Source: a virus
Direction: 5' to 3' (one strand)
DNA: 64,000 nt
Virus record (IMG/VR): IMGVR_UViG_3300008108_000036
Shown: piece after piece, positions 8,705-18,054 of the stretch
Layout: every line of letters begins with the position of its first letter
How positions within the stretch are numbered: position 1 is the first letter of the stretch
Program-made: the position numbers and the translations under genes
The notes under the pieces: model-generated
The model's input: the letters and a program-made list of their open reading frames with translations, nothing else
Told to the model about the DNA's origin: nothing
Databases searched by the model: none

Positions 8705-9770
8705 ACCAGCAAACAACAAAATTTTGTTTTTTTCGGATCTACATTTGGGGGTCCATCAAAATTCATCAGCATGGCACCAAACCTGCCTACATGTTGCTGA
8801 TTTTATAGACAATACGATGAAAGATCATAATTTGGATACAATTATTTTTGCTGGAGATACATTTCACGATCGTCATGAAATTGGAGTAAACACACTATCT
8901 ACAGCTAAGCACTTTTTTGATAAGTTGTCTTCCTATAATATACACATTATTCCAGGTAACCATGATGCCTTCTTATCCACCACTTCAGAAGTAAATTCAG
9001 TAGACATTTTGTCTAACGAAAAAATATTTGTACATTCTAAGCCTACTATAATTCAAGCCAACGAACGAAAAATTTTATTTTGTCCGTGGAAATCAAACGT
9101 GAAATCTACCCTTGTTAATTATAAGGTGAATTGTGTCGACATAATTGTCGGTCATTTTGAAATAATAAACTTTAAAATGAATGCTAATAAAATATGCGAT
9201 CATGGTGACTCGGCAGCTGATTTATTGGCAAGTTCTGAGTGCGTAATCACTGGTCATTTTCATTGTAGAGAACACAGAAAATACGAGGATAAGTTTGTGT
9301 TATATCTAGGGTCACCATATGAAATGGATTTTGGGGATAGAGAGCAAAAAAAAGGAGTTACTGTGCTAGACTTAACTGATTTATCTGCTAATTTTATCGA
9401 GAATACTATTACACCAAAACATCATAGATTGACCATTACTGATCTTATTCAAAAAAAACATAAAAATATTTCTGAACTAGTTAAAGGAAATATAGTCAGT
9501 ATTTATGTGGACGTTGATACAGACGCTTTAACTATAGACTTGCTTGTGTCTAAATTATCCCAATATGAACCATTCCAGCTAAGAACAGAGTTTAATATTT
9601 TAGATAAAGCATCAAACTCTGAACAAACAAAAGAAATAGAAAAATTATCTCTTGATATTGAAACCGCATTTTCAGAATTTGTAGAACATATAGAAACAAG
9701 GGCTACAAAAAAGGAGGTTTTAAACAAGTGCATTGAACTATTTAGAACATCACAAAGCTTAATAGAATAA
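8685..9770 (+). CDS. Recombination endonuclease gp47 (Mre11/SbcD-like); start probably ATG 8685
   Basis: SDLHLG, GDTFH, GNHD, GHFH, YLGSPY. Confidence 0.9.
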   Translation: MDITKIKPANNKILFFSDLHLGVHQNSSAWHQTCLHVADFIDNTMKDHNLDTIIFAGDTFHDRHEIGVNTLSTAKHFFDKLSSYNIHIIPGNHDAFLSTTSEVNSVDILSNEKIFVHSKPTIIQANERKILFCPWKSNVKSTLVNYKVNCVDIIVGHFEIINFKMNANKICDHGDSAADLLASSECVITGHFHCREHRKYEDKFVLYLGSPYEMDFGDREQKKGVTVLDLTDLSANFIENTITPKHHRLTITDLIQKKHKNISELVKGNIVSIYVDVDTDALTIDLLVSKLSQYEPFQLRTEFNILDKASNSEQTKEIEKLSLDIETAFSEFVEHIETRATKKEVLNKCIELFRTSQSLIE

Positions 9771-10564
9771 TGTATACAAAATCCCCAAAAATAGGAGTAG
9801 GCATAGTTACTTGCAATAGAGAACATTTTTTTTCTCAATGTTATCAGTCAATGCCTTTGCAAAAAATAAACGAACTTGTAGTTGTTAATGATGGACACCA
9901 ATTAAAAGGGGATTATGAGCACGGAGTATTTATTCACAATAAACCCAGTATGCATGTGGGAGAAAGTAAAAATATAATAATGAGATATTTGTTAGACAAA
10001 GGTTGCGACTATATCTTTACAATTGAGGATGACATTATTCTAACAAATGAGTTGGTTTTTGAAAATTATATAAACGCACATCTAACTACTGGCATACATC
10101 ATTTTAATTTTGGGTTTTCACAAAGAGAGAATTTGAATGAAAAATTTCAACCAATTTATAGAAAAATTGTAGAATATAAAGATGGAAGTAAAATTATTTT
10201 AACAAAACATATTCTTGGAGCTTTTACTTTTTATACTAGGAAAGCTCTTCAAACTATAGGATTGCATCATTATAGTTTTAATCAAGGCCATGGGGATCAT
10301 TTAGAATTAACGTACAGGGCCGCTAAACATGGATTAACTACTCCGTTTTGGTGGTTTGCTGACATTTATAACAGCTGGGAGATGATAAAAAATTTGAGTG
10401 ATTTAACTACAGATTCAACAGTTAGGGATAAAAACACTTTCATAGATAATTTTAATCGAGCTAGAAGTAATTTTAAATTCTTGCACGGATGCGATATTTA
10501 CGATGTTCCTGCAGCTTCAGAGCAAGAAGTAATTAATTATTTAAAAAAACAAACTGTTAGTTAA
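9770..10564 (+). CDS. Glycosyltransferase, GT-A/GT2-like
   Basis: GIVTCNR, VVNDG, IEDD. Confidence 0.8.
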   Translation: MYTKSPKIGVGIVTCNREHFFSQCYQSMPLQKINELVVVNDGHQLKGDYEHGVFIHNKPSMHVGESKNIIMRYLLDKGCDYIFTIEDDIILTNELVFENYINAHLTTGIHHFNFGFSQRENLNEKFQPIYRKIVEYKDGSKIILTKHILGAFTFYTRKALQTIGLHHYSFNQGHGDHLELTYRAAKHGLTTPFWWFADIYNSWEMIKNLSDLTTDSTVRDKNTFIDNFNRARSNFKFLHGCDIYDVPAASEQEVINYLKKQTVS

Positions 10565-10565
10565 C

Positions 10566-11357
10566 ATGGAAAAACTTAAAAAGATTGGAATAGGATTAGT
10601 AACGTATAATCGTCCGGAATTTTATCAGACCGTGTTAAACTCTATTAAGACGTATGGTTCCAATCATTTTTTAGTAATTGTAAATGATGGAAATTTTAAA
10701 TATTGTAACAGCAACGATGGGGATGTTGTTATTCACAACAACGAACAATTAGGAGTAGCTAAATCTAAAAATAAAGCCATAAATTATTTATTGCAAGAAG
10801 AGTGTACAGATTTATTCGTGTTTGAAGATGACGTCATAATAAAGTCTTGCGATGTATTTGATCGATATATAAAAACGTCTGAGGCAACTAATATACCGCA
10901 CTTCAGTTTTGGTCCAGTCGAAATAACAAAAACATACCAACACAACTTAAAACTCACGTGCATGTATTCAGAAGAGTTAGGTATTGATTTATATCATCAC
11001 TCACAAGGAGGATTAATGTATTTTAATATTTCTAAAATGGACAAAAACGATTGTGTGTTCGATGAAAATTACATCAACGCATTCGAACACGTAGATGTAG
11101 AGTACAACTTAATACAAAAACAATTACAACCTCCATTTTGGTATTTTCCTGATATTCATAATAGCTGTCAGTTATTAGAAAGTATTGAAGGCAGTTCGGC
11201 AATTTCTACTATTACTAATAAACCCAAATACAACTCAAACGTACAATATTCAGCTAATTATTTTGTTAAAAAATGGGGTATTTTCACAACCCAAATACCC
11301 GATGTAGGCTCAAAAAAGGTAATCGAAAAACTTAAATTAATCAAACAAAACAAATGA
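10566..11357 (+). CDS. Glycosyltransferase, GT-A/GT2-like (paralog of the upstream gene)
   Basis: GLVTYNRP, IVNDG, GVAKSKN, FEDD, EHVD, PPFWYFPD. Confidence 0.8.
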   Translation: MEKLKKIGIGLVTYNRPEFYQTVLNSIKTYGSNHFLVIVNDGNFKYCNSNDGDVVIHNNEQLGVAKSKNKAINYLLQEECTDLFVFEDDVIIKSCDVFDRYIKTSEATNIPHFSFGPVEITKTYQHNLKLTCMYSEELGIDLYHHSQGGLMYFNISKMDKNDCVFDENYINAFEHVDVEYNLIQKQLQPPFWYFPDIHNSCQLLESIEGSSAISTITNKPKYNSNVQYSANYFVKKWGIFTTQIPDVGSKKVIEKLKLIKQNK

Positions 11358-12151
11358 AACACATTTTAATTGGAACTAGTTCATTCGGTAAATATCAGCG
11401 TCAAGATTTGTGCATAGAAAGCTTACAAAAGCTCACATCATTAAACTCAAACGTAGATTGTTGTCTTGTTCAGCAATTGGAAGACCAAACATCCTACTCA
11501 AATATACGTATACTAAACAAGCTTACTAGAAATTCATCAACTGTATTTAAAACAAACAAAAAAATTCCTTTCATAAACGATATATTCAACGTATTATATT
11601 CCGAATCTACAGACATTTTTGTATTTTGTAATAGCGATATTATTTTAACGCAAAAGTTAATAGATTATATAAATTCAATTGAGGTGCAGGCGTTTGGTAT
11701 ATCAAGAATTGATATTTCTGAAATAAATTCATTGTTAGAACCTGCTCGCATACTAAGAATGGAGCCAGCCGGGTTTGATTGCTGGGTTATAAGTAAACAA
11801 TGGTGGACTAAAAACCAACAGTTATTTCAAGATTTTGTTATTGGCAGACCTTATTTTGACGTAATTTACACAACGCTCATGTTTTTAAACTCAACAAATC
11901 CGTATATAAGCAATGAACATTTAGTGTATCACGTTTTACACGAGAGAGCATGGTTGGACAAAGACGAGTGCTATCATTACAATCGATTACAAAAAGAATT
12001 ATATTATGAAGATATAGAAAAAGTTTGGGGAGAGTGTTGTAACAATACATTTTTGAGAAGAGCTGATTGGGGTAAATTTTTACGAATTAATTCTGATGAA
12101 GCGGATGTGCTGTTAAGCATTAAAAACAATCACAAACCAAAGCAATTTTAA
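11354..12151 (+). CDS. Glycosyltransferase-like protein
   Basis: FCNSDI, GFDC, GRPYFD, H..HE motifs. Confidence 0.55.
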   Translation: MKHILIGTSSFGKYQRQDLCIESLQKLTSLNSNVDCCLVQQLEDQTSYSNIRILNKLTRNSSTVFKTNKKIPFINDIFNVLYSESTDIFVFCNSDIILTQKLIDYINSIEVQAFGISRIDISEINSLLEPARILRMEPAGFDCWVISKQWWTKNQQLFQDFVIGRPYFDVIYTTLMFLNSTNPYISNEHLVYHVLHERAWLDKDECYHYNRLQKELYYEDIEKVWGECCNNTFLRRADWGKFLRINSDEADVLLSIKNNHKPKQF

Positions 12152-12152
12152 T

Positions 12153-13472
12153 ATGAATAGTAAACTAAAGCTAACAGAGGTAACATTGATAATAATCGAC
12201 TGCTTAAATTCAGAATTAGCTGTAGAAGCATTGAATGCCTCATCTACCGATATAGAATTTGCCAAAACAGTATTGTTAAGTGATCAAAAACCATTCAATT
12301 GCACTAATAACATAAGCTTTTTTGAGATACCAAAAATTAAAAATTTGCACGAATATAATCTTTTTTTATTAAAAGAATTACACAAATATATAAACACAAA
12401 TTTTTGCTTATTAATTCAAACGGACGGGTATGTAATTGATGTTAATAAGTGGAGCAACGATTTTTTAAAATATGATTATATTGGCTCACCATGGGTGCCG
12501 ACAGAATGGTTTATGAATAACAAACCTAATGAGTACAGAGTAGGCAATGGTGGGTTTTCATTAAGAAGCAAAAAGCTGCTATCTATTACACATAAATTAC
12601 AAATGCATTCAAATGAAGACGTCTCAATATGTGTTTTCAATCGCAACATATTAGAAGGTAAGGGTATTGCGTTTGCTCCTTTAAATATTGCTAAGAAGTT
12701 TTCTCAAGAAAAACATTGTGAAGATTTAAACGTTGTTGCAGAAAGGGACTGTTTTGGTTTTCACGGTAAGAATTACTCAGAATTCCACAAACAAAAGTGC
12801 AAGGATCTGCATTTCGAGTTTTATAAAAATAGTCTTATTAAAATGGACCAACAAAGATTAATGTTTTTTTTAAAAAACGAAATTGGAGTATCTGAATCTG
12901 AGTATTTTTGTGCCAACTTTGTTGGCAATTTGCAAGTACAGCAAATTCCGGAGGAATATTCTCAATTATTAACTTTTTTTAAGACGTCTAACATTAAAAA
13001 ATATTTAGAACTAGGAGTAGCAAACGGAGGAAGTTTTTTTGTTAATTCTATTTTTCTGCAAAGTACAGCTAGTAAAATCCATTGCGTAGACAGTTTAGAA
13101 TATAAGAACGCTCCACATGTCAAACAAACATATGAAAAGATCTCATCAAAAGTTAACAAACTTAAGGCATTATTTCCAGAAAAAGAATTTAATTTCTTTA
13201 ATCAAACTACCGATGAGTTTTTTTCCAAAAACAACAACAAATACGACTGCATTTTTATAGACGCAGATCACTCGTACCAAGGAGTTAAAAAAGACTACCT
13301 TAACAGCCTCAAATGTATTGAGAGAGGAGGCTATTTAATTTTTCATGATATTAATAATGTCGAAACAGGAGTTGAAACATGCTGGAACGAAATAAGCTCT
13401 AACCATCACGTGATAGGAGTGTTTAGTCATCCTGTAGTTATGAATTGCGGCATAGGTATTATTAGAGTTTAA
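12153..13472 (+). CDS. DUF5672-like GT domain fused to a class I SAM methyltransferase (Methyltransf_24-like)
   Basis: QTDG, YDYIGSPW, VGNGGFSLRS, FGFHG; then LELGVANGGS, FIDADHSY, FHD. Confidence 0.8.
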   Translation: MNSKLKLTEVTLIIIDCLNSELAVEALNASSTDIEFAKTVLLSDQKPFNCTNNISFFEIPKIKNLHEYNLFLLKELHKYINTNFCLLIQTDGYVIDVNKWSNDFLKYDYIGSPWVPTEWFMNNKPNEYRVGNGGFSLRSKKLLSITHKLQMHSNEDVSICVFNRNILEGKGIAFAPLNIAKKFSQEKHCEDLNVVAERDCFGFHGKNYSEFHKQKCKDLHFEFYKNSLIKMDQQRLMFFLKNEIGVSESEYFCANFVGNLQVQQIPEEYSQLLTFFKTSNIKKYLELGVANGGSFFVNSIFLQSTASKIHCVDSLEYKNAPHVKQTYEKISSKVNKLKALFPEKEFNFFNQTTDEFFSKNNNKYDCIFIDADHSYQGVKKDYLNSLKCIERGGYLIFHDINNVETGVETCWNEISSNHHVIGVFSHPVVMNCGIGIIRV

Positions 13473-13559
13473 TATGACACATTGTTTGTTTATATATTTT
13501 CAATAAAACATATTATTAATATTAGTCATGATACTTAATTGACCTGTTGTTGTTTTAAT

Positions 13560-13766
13560 TTAAACTAGGTTATTATTAAACCAATAACCACTAGCGTTTT
13601 TGATTGGATTTATGTTTTAGAAAAAGCCAAAGGGTTTGCATTAGTAGATAGCTGCATTGCAAACTTAGTAGAGCAGATTAAGATGCCTCAACCAAAAATA
13701 TTTTTAGCAAGACAGCCAGCAAAGGCCTACACACAAATTGTACTGGAAAGTTGTAGAATATTATGA
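13560..13766 (+). pseudogene. C-terminal remnant of a glycosyltransferase-like gene
   Basis: Frame reads *VIIKPITTSVFDWIYVLEKAKGFALVDSCIANLVEQ...RIL* after an in-frame TAG, with no start codon; ends overlapping ATG 13763. Confidence 0.55.
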
Positions 13767-14260
13767 ATGAAATTATTAATTATAAAAACAATGTATATCC
13801 TAGGTTTCAAACGTTAGGAAATGCTGCTCAATTTATTATTCCATATGCAAAGCACGTTTGTAAAGGAAAGGGGGTAGATGTTGGCTGCAACAAATTGGAG
13901 TGGTCGTTTCCAAATTCGTTTCCTATAGATCCACTAATCAATCAATATAACGCATTGAATTTTCCAGCTCACTGTGTTAATCTTGATTATATTTTTTCCT
14001 CTCATTGTTTAGAACATATTCCTAATTGGGTGGACGTATTAGATTACTGGACGACGATGCTAAAATCGGGAGGAGTGTTGTTTTTATATTTGCCTGATTA
14101 TTCACAAGAATATTGGAGACCTTGGAACAACAGAAAACACGTTAACATCTTTAATTCTACTATAATTAACGATTATTTAAAACACAAACAATTTGTAAAA
14201 ATATTTTTTTCTGGGGTAGATTTAAATAATTCGTTTGCTATTTTTGGAGAGAAGGCGTAA
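13763..14260 (+). CDS. Class I SAM-dependent methyltransferase
   Basis: GVDVGC, FSSHCLEH, LKSGG.LFLYLP. Confidence 0.8.
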   Translation: MNEIINYKNNVYPRFQTLGNAAQFIIPYAKHVCKGKGVDVGCNKLEWSFPNSFPIDPLINQYNALNFPAHCVNLDYIFSSHCLEHIPNWVDVLDYWTTMLKSGGVLFLYLPDYSQEYWRPWNNRKHVNIFNSTIINDYLKHKQFVKIFFSGVDLNNSFAIFGEKA

Positions 14261-14268
14261 TCCATACA

Positions 14269-14864
14269 ATGGGATATTTAAATCATTTCGATTTAAAAAC
14301 ATTAAACAATACACAAACACTGATGTTTTCGTGGAAACGGGCACTTACGTTGGGGATTCTCTATCATACGCTTTAAGCTGCCATTTTAATGAGTTATATA
14401 GTATAGAATTATTAAAAAAGTATTATAATCTTTGTGTTAGCAAGTTTAAATCTAACAAAAATGTCAATTTATTTCATTCTAATTCGGCAGATGGGTTGCG
14501 AACAGTGTTGCAGAAAAATGCAAAATAAAAAACGTCGTTTTGGCTAGATGCTCATTTACCCGATTTTTATTATTCTATTTTTACTACCAACAATTACTTA
14601 AATGACGACATACCATATATACCTTTGAAAGAAGAATTAAAATTAATAGTTCAGCATAAAAACATAAGTGACGATGTAATATTAATAGATGATTTAAGGA
14701 TGTATGAAACTAGGAATTTTGGATCAGGAAACTGCGATGGACTGCTAAAACATAAAGAATATACAGAAGGAATAACAATTGTATATGATTTACTTTCTTC
14801 TACTCACAATATCAATAAGCCTTACGAACACGAAGGATATATTACATGTATTCCCAAAAATTGA
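14269..14864 (+). pseudogene. Disrupted methyltransferase-like gene (FVETGT...FWLDAH family)
   Basis: ATG 14269 is out of frame with FVETGT (shift near the A-run at ~14295); in-frame TAA at 14526-14528 precedes KTSFWLDAH, which runs on into ORF 14625..14864. Confidence 0.7.
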
Positions 14865-14973
14865 CCTCTACATCAAGGTTTTTATAAAACCTTTATAAAC
14901 GTATAATTATATTTTTTTGTTGTTTTAGTAAAACCCCGTTGCTTTTCATTCAAAACTAATTATTATTGAGTCA

Positions 14974-16791
14974 ATGCGCTTTATAACCTTTAAGTCATTA
15001 GAAGGAAAAAACTTTTTATCTTTTGGTGATGATTTAGCAAAAATTGCCTTGCACCAAGGAGTAAACACAATTGTTGGAACAAATTACGATAAAGAAGATT
15101 CAAAAAACGGAGCAGGCAAATCCTCAATAACAGAGCTTTTATATTATTGTTTATATGGCGTTACGCTTAGAGAAATACCGAAAGACAACATACAAAACAG
15201 CGTTACAAACAAAAAAACAGAAACCTCTCTTACTTTTGATGTCGAATCAAACGGAATTGTAGACTCTTATGCTATAACCAGAAAGTTAAACCCAACAAAA
15301 TGTCAAATATTCAAAAATGGAGAAGAAATTACCAGATCTACCCTTGCTAAAACTAATGAGTTAATTCAAAGCATAATTAGAACATCTTCTACTATATTTC
15401 AAAATTCGGTTATAATGGTAGCAAATTCAACTTTACCGTTTATGGCTATGTCTAAAGTTGATAAAAGAAAGTTTATCGAAAGCATTTTAGGACTGGAGGC
15501 ATTTTCATCAATGGTCTTAAGAGCGAGAGATGAATATAATAGCACAAAAAAAGAATACGAAATTCAATATTCTCTACTGGAGCAGCTTCAAACAGAGCTA
15601 AACTTTAATAACAATCAATTTTTAAACTACGAATCATTAAAAGAAGAAAGAATAAACGTTTTAAGAGAAAAGATAAAAAAAATAAAAGAAGAAATATCGA
15701 CACTCGAAGGCCAGTTATCTGAGCCCTCTACCAAAGTAGATTGTTTGGAGGAACGATTAGTCGAATTAAACTCTCACATTGCAGAGGCGCAAGAAAAGCA
15801 ATCGTCTCTTACAACAAAACAAATTAAAGCTGAATCCGAATTAAAAAACATCTTAAAGCAAATTGAAAAAATTAATGCAAATAAAGATCAATGTCCAACA
15901 TGTCTTCGAAATTACTCAGAAGAACACATTGCTCACGCGGAAGATACTTTGCTAAAGCTGACCACAAATCGCAACTTGTTTGAACAAGCTATTTCAAAAT
16001 TAATAAAAGAATTAACTTCGATCAAACAAGGGTTAAAAACCTCACAGCAAAGCAAACTCGAAGCCGAACAACAAATAAAAATAAGAGACAGTATAAAAAC
16101 GTCCAACGACATTATATCGGCCAAACTGGAACATCTCAAACGAAATCATGAAGATTTGAATGTTGAAATAGGAAAAATTAATGCAGAACAAAACGATCCG
16201 TTACAACAAAAAATAGCAGAGTTGACTACCAACATAACAATTAAAAACGAGTTAGTCGCAAAACTAAATAACGAGTTAAATGTACTGGAATCCGTAAAAT
16301 TTGTTCTTTCTGAAGAAGGAATTAAGTCATTCATTGTAAAAAAAATATTAACAATTTTAAACTCGAGGTTAGCTTTTTATTTAAAAAAACTTGAAGCTAA
16401 TTGTCTGTGCAAATTCAACGAATTTTTTGAGGAAGAGATTATTGATGAAAAAGGAAAACAAAAATCATATTTTAATTTTTCTGGAGGAGAGAAAAAAAGA
16501 ATAGACATAGCTTGTTTATTTGCATTTGCTGACATCAGAAGACTTCAAGGTGATGTAAATTTTAGCACTATTTTTTATGATGAACTTTTTGACTCCTCTT
16601 TAGATGATAGAGGAGTAGCTTTAACAGTTAAAGTGCTGCAAGACCGATTTAATGAATACAAAGAATCTTGTTATATCATAACGCATAGAGGGGTTCACGG
16701 AACCTTTAAGTCAAATCATACTATTCATGTAATCAAGCGAAATGGTGTTTCGAGTATTTGTAATAACTCTTCTGATAGATATTTAAATTAA
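14974..16791 (+). CDS. Recombination ATPase gp46 (Rad50/SbcC-like)
   Basis: NFLSFG, NGAGKS, CPTC zinc hook, FSGGEKKR, DELFD; promoter TTGCTT-N16-TATTAT at 14939-14966. Confidence 0.93.
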   Translation: MRFITFKSLEGKNFLSFGDDLAKIALHQGVNTIVGTNYDKEDSKNGAGKSSITELLYYCLYGVTLREIPKDNIQNSVTNKKTETSLTFDVESNGIVDSYAITRKLNPTKCQIFKNGEEITRSTLAKTNELIQSIIRTSSTIFQNSVIMVANSTLPFMAMSKVDKRKFIESILGLEAFSSMVLRARDEYNSTKKEYEIQYSLLEQLQTELNFNNNQFLNYESLKEERINVLREKIKKIKEEISTLEGQLSEPSTKVDCLEERLVELNSHIAEAQEKQSSLTTKQIKAESELKNILKQIEKINANKDQCPTCLRNYSEEHIAHAEDTLLKLTTNRNLFEQAISKLIKELTSIKQGLKTSQQSKLEAEQQIKIRDSIKTSNDIISAKLEHLKRNHEDLNVEIGKINAEQNDPLQQKIAELTTNITIKNELVAKLNNELNVLESVKFVLSEEGIKSFIVKKILTILNSRLAFYLKKLEANCLCKFNEFFEEEIIDEKGKQKSYFNFSGGEKKRIDIACLFAFADIRRLQGDVNFSTIFYDELFDSSLDDRGVALTVKVLQDRFNEYKESCYIITHRGVHGTFKSNHTIHVIKRNGVSSICNNSSDRYLN

Positions 16792-16808
16792 ACTCCCTAA
16801 ATACACAC

Positions 16809-18023
16809 ATGACTTCTGTAGTTCATTATGGCATTAAACAAGTTTTAGGAGCTCCTATTGGGATTCCGTTAGGAACTCCATTGGCTGGACACTCTTATGT
16901 GGTAAACACACCATTGCCTCCTACTCCTGGCAGTGGACTTAGAAGAGCTATGAACTATCTTGCAGATCATGGAGGTTGCGGTTATTATAGATGTATCGCT
17001 CCAAATTTGCTTCTTAATTTAAATCAAAAAGCTGTAATTACAGAGTCTACTGCTATGGTTTTAGACCCAAATTTTTACCAAACGGTAGAAGCAGTAAAAT
17101 TTCAAAGACAAGCAACTCCACATCAAAACAAATTTGTAAAATTCCTACATCAACTAAAGTCTAAACAAAAAATTAAACTTATATACGAAGTGGATGATGT
17201 AGTCTTTGCAGAAGATATTCCTTTATACAACAAAAATAGAGAAGCATTTACAGACCCAACAATTCAAACCTCTATTAAAGAAATGCTGTCAATAATGGAT
17301 GAGATCGTAGTTACTTCCGAATACTTTAGAGATTATATGATTGAAAAATCAGGTAATAAGAACGTAACTTCTATACCAAACTATTTAATGAAGTGGTGGT
17401 TTGACCGTTATTATAATTTGGGAGATTTAGGGAAAAGATTCGAGAAAAACAAAAAGAAGCCAATTATAGCAATATTTGCTTCTGGCACACACGTAGATGT
17501 GGCAAATAGAAACAACCAGCAAGATGATTTCAGTTTAGTAGTTCCGTTCATTATAAAAACAAAAACGGAATACGATTGGCATTTTTACGGCTCTTTTCCT
17601 CAAGCTCTTAAACCGTATATAGACCGTAAAGAAATGAAGTATTTTCCGTGGGTTGATTTGACAAAGTTCCCAGAAACAATGGCCAATTCAAACGCTCAAC
17701 TAACATTTGCTTGTTTGCAGGACAACAACTTCAATAGATGCAAATCTAATATTAAATTAATTGAATCAGGAGCGTTAGGAATTCCTTGCGTATGTCCAGA
17801 CATGGTTACATACAAAGATGCTTTTTTAAAGTATACTACAGGAACAGAATTTATAGATTGCATAAAAACCGCTTTGAAAAATCAAACAGTATATTTAGAT
17901 TTTTGTAAAAAGTCACGACAACATGCCGAACAATTTTGGTTAGATGATGATAAAAACTTGATGAAATTCTACGAAAGTTATTTTACAGATTTTAAATCTC
18001 CTCAACGTAAATTTATTAGTTGA
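16809..18023 (+). CDS. GT-B-type glycosyltransferase, late promoter
   Basis: GGCGYYR, YEVDD, FNRCKSNIKLIESGALGIP; TAAATA at 16798-16803. Confidence 0.75.
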   Translation: MTSVVHYGIKQVLGAPIGIPLGTPLAGHSYVVNTPLPPTPGSGLRRAMNYLADHGGCGYYRCIAPNLLLNLNQKAVITESTAMVLDPNFYQTVEAVKFQRQATPHQNKFVKFLHQLKSKQKIKLIYEVDDVVFAEDIPLYNKNREAFTDPTIQTSIKEMLSIMDEIVVTSEYFRDYMIEKSGNKNVTSIPNYLMKWWFDRYYNLGDLGKRFEKNKKKPIIAIFASGTHVDVANRNNQQDDFSLVVPFIIKTKTEYDWHFYGSFPQALKPYIDRKEMKYFPWVDLTKFPETMANSNAQLTFACLQDNNFNRCKSNIKLIESGALGIPCVCPDMVTYKDAFLKYTTGTEFIDCIKTALKNQTVYLDFCKKSRQHAEQFWLDDDKNLMKFYESYFTDFKSPQRKFIS

Positions 18024-18054
18024 TTGTCTATATATTTTTCTGTAATATTGTTGC

